Shown here one piece after another: positions 17,412-20,000 of a DNA stretch of 20,000 nucleotides. The translations under genes and the position numbers were made by a program. The DNA comes from an uncultured virus (IMG/VR IMGVR_UViG_3300008267_000250) (lineage: Duplodnaviria; Heunggongvirae; Uroviricota; Caudoviricetes): positions 52,255 through 72,254 of the IMG/VR virus record IMGVR_UViG_3300008267_000250, one strand, 5' to 3'. Position 1 is the first letter of the stretch. Each line of letters opens with the position of its first letter. The notes below the pieces were generated by a model. It searched no databases, was not told the DNA's origin, and saw only the letters and a list, made by a program, of their open reading frames with translations.

Positions 17412-17675
17412 ATGACACACAAACACGTTACAATTATTCATCCAAAGTACGGTGAAGTTTTAAATGAAACTTTTATGGATGAGGTTCAGTTTAAAATATT
17501 TTTGAATATGGTCCATTCTTCAATTGCGATGGATCAAAACCTTTCAACCTTTAATGGTAAGGACTTTTTGGTACACATTCCTTGTTCAATATTAAAAGAG
17601 TCTCTGGTAATTGGTAAAACAACTGAAGTTTCAATGGCTGATGTTGTTTTGACGAAATCTAAGTTGGAGGGGTAG
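17412..17675 (+). CDS. Hypothetical protein
   Basis: ATG 17412 (MTHKHVTIIHPKYG...) preferred because the promoter at 17366-17397 lies within the longer TTG-started ORF. Confidence 0.7.
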   Translation: MTHKHVTIIHPKYGEVLNETFMDEVQFKIFLNMVHSSIAMDQNLSTFNGKDFLVHIPCSILKESLVIGKTTEVSMADVVLTKSKLEG

Positions 17676-17739
17676 TTTCTTTGTTTCTCTTTAAAACAAA
17701 GTGGTGGCTGTTGCGACATTCAATGTCGTCCCTAAAATT

Positions 17740-17766
17740 AAGGTGAGGTAATACTCACCTTTTTTT
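17740..17766 (+). terminator. Intrinsic terminator
   Basis: AAGGTGAG-gtaata-CTCACCTT followed by a T-tract. Confidence 0.85.
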
Positions 17767-17777
17767 GTTTCTGGATA

Positions 17778-17784
17778 TATTTAT
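17778..17784 (+). promoter_or_regulatory. TATTTAT element (candidate phage late promoter), representative copy
   Basis: Recurs just upstream of starts at 1221, 5867, 10980, 13475, 17778 and on the minus strand within 10936-10943. Confidence 0.55.
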
Positions 17785-17790
17785 TGGTAT

Positions 17791-18345
17791 ATGAAAAAGA
17801 TTATATCTGAAAATATGAACTACCATTTGGATAATGGTATAACATTAACTGAAAACATATTCAGACCATTTTCCGATGAGTTTTTTAATTTAATCAATGA
17901 GGCCAGAGAATTATATAACGAAGGTTATATTGATGTGGATGAGGATGAAAAATGGTTGGTTGAAAGTGATTTTGGAAAAAAAGTAAAACTTACAAGTGGG
18001 AAAATTGTTAGACTTGAAGTTCCATATATTGAAAATTCAATTAATGAAGCTGAATATAAGGGTAGAAAAGTTGAACTTGGGAAACCGATGAGAAATACAG
18101 GTGGTGGAAAAAAATATGTGGTGTATGTTAAAAATCCATCTACCGGTAAAGTTAAAAAAATTAGTTTTGGTGATAAAAAGGGGGGTTTAACCGCTAAAGT
18201 ATCAAATCCGGAAGCTAGAAGGAATTTTGCTTCCAGACACAATTGTAAAGCCAAAAAAGATAGGTTAACGGCCGGTTACTGGGCCTGTAGAATCAATCGC
18301 TATGCTCATTTATGGGGAGGAAAAAGTTATGGAGGGTACTGGTGA
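17791..18345 (+). CDS. Phage virion-associated protein, DUF6321-like C-terminal domain
   Basis: EAEYKGRKVELGKP...VYVKNP...KKISFG...RRNFASRHNC...AGYWACR; N-terminal KKIISE; TATTTAT upstream. Family name recalled from memory. Confidence 0.6.
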   Translation: MKKIISENMNYHLDNGITLTENIFRPFSDEFFNLINEARELYNEGYIDVDEDEKWLVESDFGKKVKLTSGKIVRLEVPYIENSINEAEYKGRKVELGKPMRNTGGGKKYVVYVKNPSTGKVKKISFGDKKGGLTAKVSNPEARRNFASRHNCKAKKDRLTAGYWACRINRYAHLWGGKSYGGYW

Positions 18346-18607
18346 TTTACCATTTAAACAAAAAGATTTTGGAAACACCAAAATAAGAACGTTTGATTCG
18401 TCGGTGGATGAATATGAATTAAAATGGCATAGAGATAGAGAGGACCGGAAAGTTATTATCATTGAATCAAACGGTTGGAAATTCCAATCGGATAATTCAT
18501 TACCAACGACATTAAAAGAAGGCGATCAGATATTTATACCAAAAGATACCTTTCATAGAGTTATCAAGGGGAATGGAAATTTAAAAATTAAAGTTGAGTT
18601 TTTATGA
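18329..18607 (+). CDS. Cupin-fold protein
   Basis: WHRD...E and LKEGDQIFIPKDTFHRV cupin motifs (ORF open from 18302). Confidence 0.8.
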   Translation: MEGTGDLPFKQKDFGNTKIRTFDSSVDEYELKWHRDREDRKVIIIESNGWKFQSDNSLPTTLKEGDQIFIPKDTFHRVIKGNGNLKIKVEFL

Positions 18608-18903
18608 AAAAAATTATTATAACAGAAAAACAATTGGAAGATATGGTTAAACACATCAAAGAAAATCATGATGATGGTTCATATATGGCAAAACAACAAT
18701 TATTTACAATCGCAACATTGGCTTACAAAATGTGGGAAATGATGGAGGATGGTGAACAACTTGAGGATTGGATGGAAACCAAAATCGCTCAATCCGAACA
18801 ATCAATCCTTGCCGTTGTAAAATCCTTTATGTATGATGAAGCTGAAGATAGGATGAAAAAAAATGGTGATATCGGATTGGATGGATTAATCATTGGAATG
18901 TAA
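18604..18903 (+). CDS. Hypothetical protein, probable head protein
   Basis: MKKIIITEKQL...HIKE leader; SYMAKQQL...LEDWMETKI. Confidence 0.65.
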   Translation: MKKIIITEKQLEDMVKHIKENHDDGSYMAKQQLFTIATLAYKMWEMMEDGEQLEDWMETKIAQSEQSILAVVKSFMYDEAEDRMKKNGDIGLDGLIIGM

Positions 18904-18923
18904 TTTAAAATTAATATAATTTG

Positions 18924-18951
18924 TCCTCCGGTTATTGACTGGGGGATTTTT
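18924..18951 (+). terminator. Intrinsic terminator
   Basis: TCCTCCGGT-tattg-ACTGGGGGA followed by TTTTT. Confidence 0.75.
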
Positions 18952-18964
18952 ATTTTGTATCTTT

Positions 18965-19156
18965 ATGAAAAAAAGGATGTACGTTATAGTTAAACATATT
19001 AAAACGGAAAATAGAAAAAGAGTTCCAGTTATCATTTTGAATGGTCACAATGAAATTTGGGAATTTGACACTTTTGAACAGGCCGATGATATGAAAAAGA
19101 TTTTTGAATTGAATTCAGATTCCGGTCACAAATATGAGGTTAAAAAACTTCATTAA
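18965..19156 (+). CDS. Hypothetical protein
   Basis: ATG 18965 (MKKRMYVIVKH...); the longer start overlaps the terminator. Confidence 0.65.
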   Translation: MKKRMYVIVKHIKTENRKRVPVIILNGHNEIWEFDTFEQADDMKKIFELNSDSGHKYEVKKLH

Positions 19157-19161
19157 AATAT

Positions 19162-19440
19162 GGTCCCGTAGCTCAACTGAATAGAGCAATTGCCTCAAAT
19201 AGGGGGCGTTTAATTGGAAACAGTTAAATGGAACTCATCAAATTCGGGGAAGCCTGTAAAATGGTAATCCCGAGCCAAGATCTCAGAAATGGGATAAGGT
19301 GTAGAGACTTGACGGTGAGTACCTAAGTCCAAATGGATAAGGTAATGAGAAAGTCCAGACCACAAACAATTAAATTGGTAGTGAAAACTATAGTGGTACG
19401 TCTAAGCAATAGGTTGATGGTTTGAATCCATCCGGGATCA
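19162..19440 (+). tRNA. tRNA-Arg(UCU), intron-containing (exons 19162-19195 and 19401-19440)
   Basis: Joined exons fold as a cloverleaf: acceptor GGTCCCG/CGGGATC+A, D-stem GCTC/GAGC, anticodon ATTGC-CT-TCT-AA-GCAAT, T-arm GATGG-TTTGAAT-CCATC; A20 Arg identity base; CCA not encoded. Confidence 0.92.
19196..19400 (+). mobile_element. Group I self-splicing intron (205 nt, ORF-less, IC3-like)
   Basis: 5' exon ends in U paired to G in P1 (GCCU|C with GGGGC); P2 with GAAA loop; P3 ACTCATC/GGTGAGT; P4 TTCGGG/CCCGAG; P7 GACTT/AAGTC; P8 TACCT/AGGTA; P9 region ACCAC/GTGGT; terminal omega-G at 19400. Confidence 0.92.
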
Positions 19441-19456
19441 CAAAAACAAAACTAAT

Positions 19457-19564
19457 ATGGAGGATATTCACCAACAAATCCACGAAGAATTTGTAAATAG
19501 CGAAGATTTTTTAATTTTTTTAAAAGAACTTGACATATATTCAGAAAAATATGTATCTTTGTAA
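19457..19564 (+). CDS. Possible 35 aa peptide
   Basis: MEDIHQQIHEEFVNSEDFLIFLKELDIYSEKYVSL; A-rich leader; overlaps a promoter. Confidence 0.35.
   Translation: MEDIHQQIHEEFVNSEDFLIFLKELDIYSEKYVSL
19529..19561 (+). promoter_or_regulatory. Bacteroidota-type -33/-7 promoter
   Basis: cTTG, 21 nt spacer, TATCTTTG; 14 nt before ATG 19576. Confidence 0.7.
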
Positions 19565-19575
19565 AAAGAAATCAT

Positions 19576-19875
19576 ATGAACAAGGAACTTATCGCACTAT
19601 TTTTTGCCATGGAACATGAAGCCGACGAATTGATTGATGTATTTGTTAAAGAACAACTCCTTGATTTTTATATTAACGGATGTGAGTTAAGGTTACGAAT
19701 GGAAAAAAGATTCAATGAATTTAATGAGTTTCATAAAGAAACCGGAATCACTTTGGGTAATTTGTTACTTAACAAATACAATTTGGCAAAACAACTTCAC
19801 GTATTAAAAATCGCGTTGGGAAAGTTGGGTGTACAGGGAATTGATGAAGACCAATATATAATGTTAAATAACTAA
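19576..19875 (+). CDS. Hypothetical protein
   Basis: 99 aa helical ORF directly after a Bacteroidota-type promoter. Confidence 0.7.
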   Translation: MNKELIALFFAMEHEADELIDVFVKEQLLDFYINGCELRLRMEKRFNEFNEFHKETGITLGNLLLNKYNLAKQLHVLKIALGKLGVQGIDEDQYIMLNN

Positions 19876-20000
19876 TGAAATCATTCAAAGACATAGAATT
19901 TAAAACACATCCAATAGGTGAAGGTAAACACGGATTAATTTTTTTTCCAAATGGGTATGGTGTGTCTGTTGTTAGATTTAAAAGACCGTATAGTGATAGA
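19875..20000 (+). CDS. Hypothetical phage protein (3'-truncated)
   Basis: TAATG overlap; MKSFKDIEFKTHPIGEGKHGLIFFPNGYGVSVVRFK... open to the window end. Confidence 0.65.
   Translation, partial: MKSFKDIEFKTHPIGEGKHGLIFFPNGYGVSVVRFKRPYSDR

Noticed and set aside
1214..18254. Other overlapping ORFs in the track (e.g. 1214-1687, 2900-3145, 3400-3681, 5946-6212, 6897-7166, 7630-7836, 13336-13659, 17925-18254)
   Set aside because: Nested in or antisense to longer, better-supported genes, with shadow-like composition.
1..20000. Genome-wide stop-codon reassignment (code 15 or 4)
   Set aside because: Long genes are intact under code 11, and TAG/TGA stops fall at sensible gene ends next to following starts. 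The MetK-like break requires a frame change, not readthrough.
1..20000. CRISPR array, IS element or long tandem repeat
   Set aside because: No regularly spaced repeats, terminal inverted repeats or transposase motifs were seen by eye.

Overview
AT-rich, gene-dense segment of what looks like a large (jumbo-type) dsDNA bacteriophage genome. The host is most likely Bacteroidota, judging by repeated TTTG-N20-TAnnTTTG promoters and an Hc1-type histone H1-like gene. Standard code 11 fits. Recognisable genes: DnaJ, glutaredoxin, a PcfJ-like protein, an LRR protein, DUF3310, a free-standing HNH endonuclease, a DHH/DHHA1 phosphoesterase, a cupin, a spanin-like pair and several probable head proteins that share an N-terminal (I/L)xE motif and an upstream TATTTAT element. 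The standout non-coding features are (i) a ~0.95 kb promoter-to-terminator, ORF-free, highly structured RNA (GOLLD-like) whose 5' part resembles the Bacteroidota 16S rRNA 3' end (helix 45 plus anti-SD), and (ii) a tRNA-Arg(UCU) split after U33 by a compact 205-nt group I intron, with a compensatory A19-U56 elbow pair. A degenerate MetK (SAM synthetase)-like gene split by a +1 frameshift and several small ORFs missing from the ORF track were also found. All family assignments come from motif recognition by eye; no searches were run.
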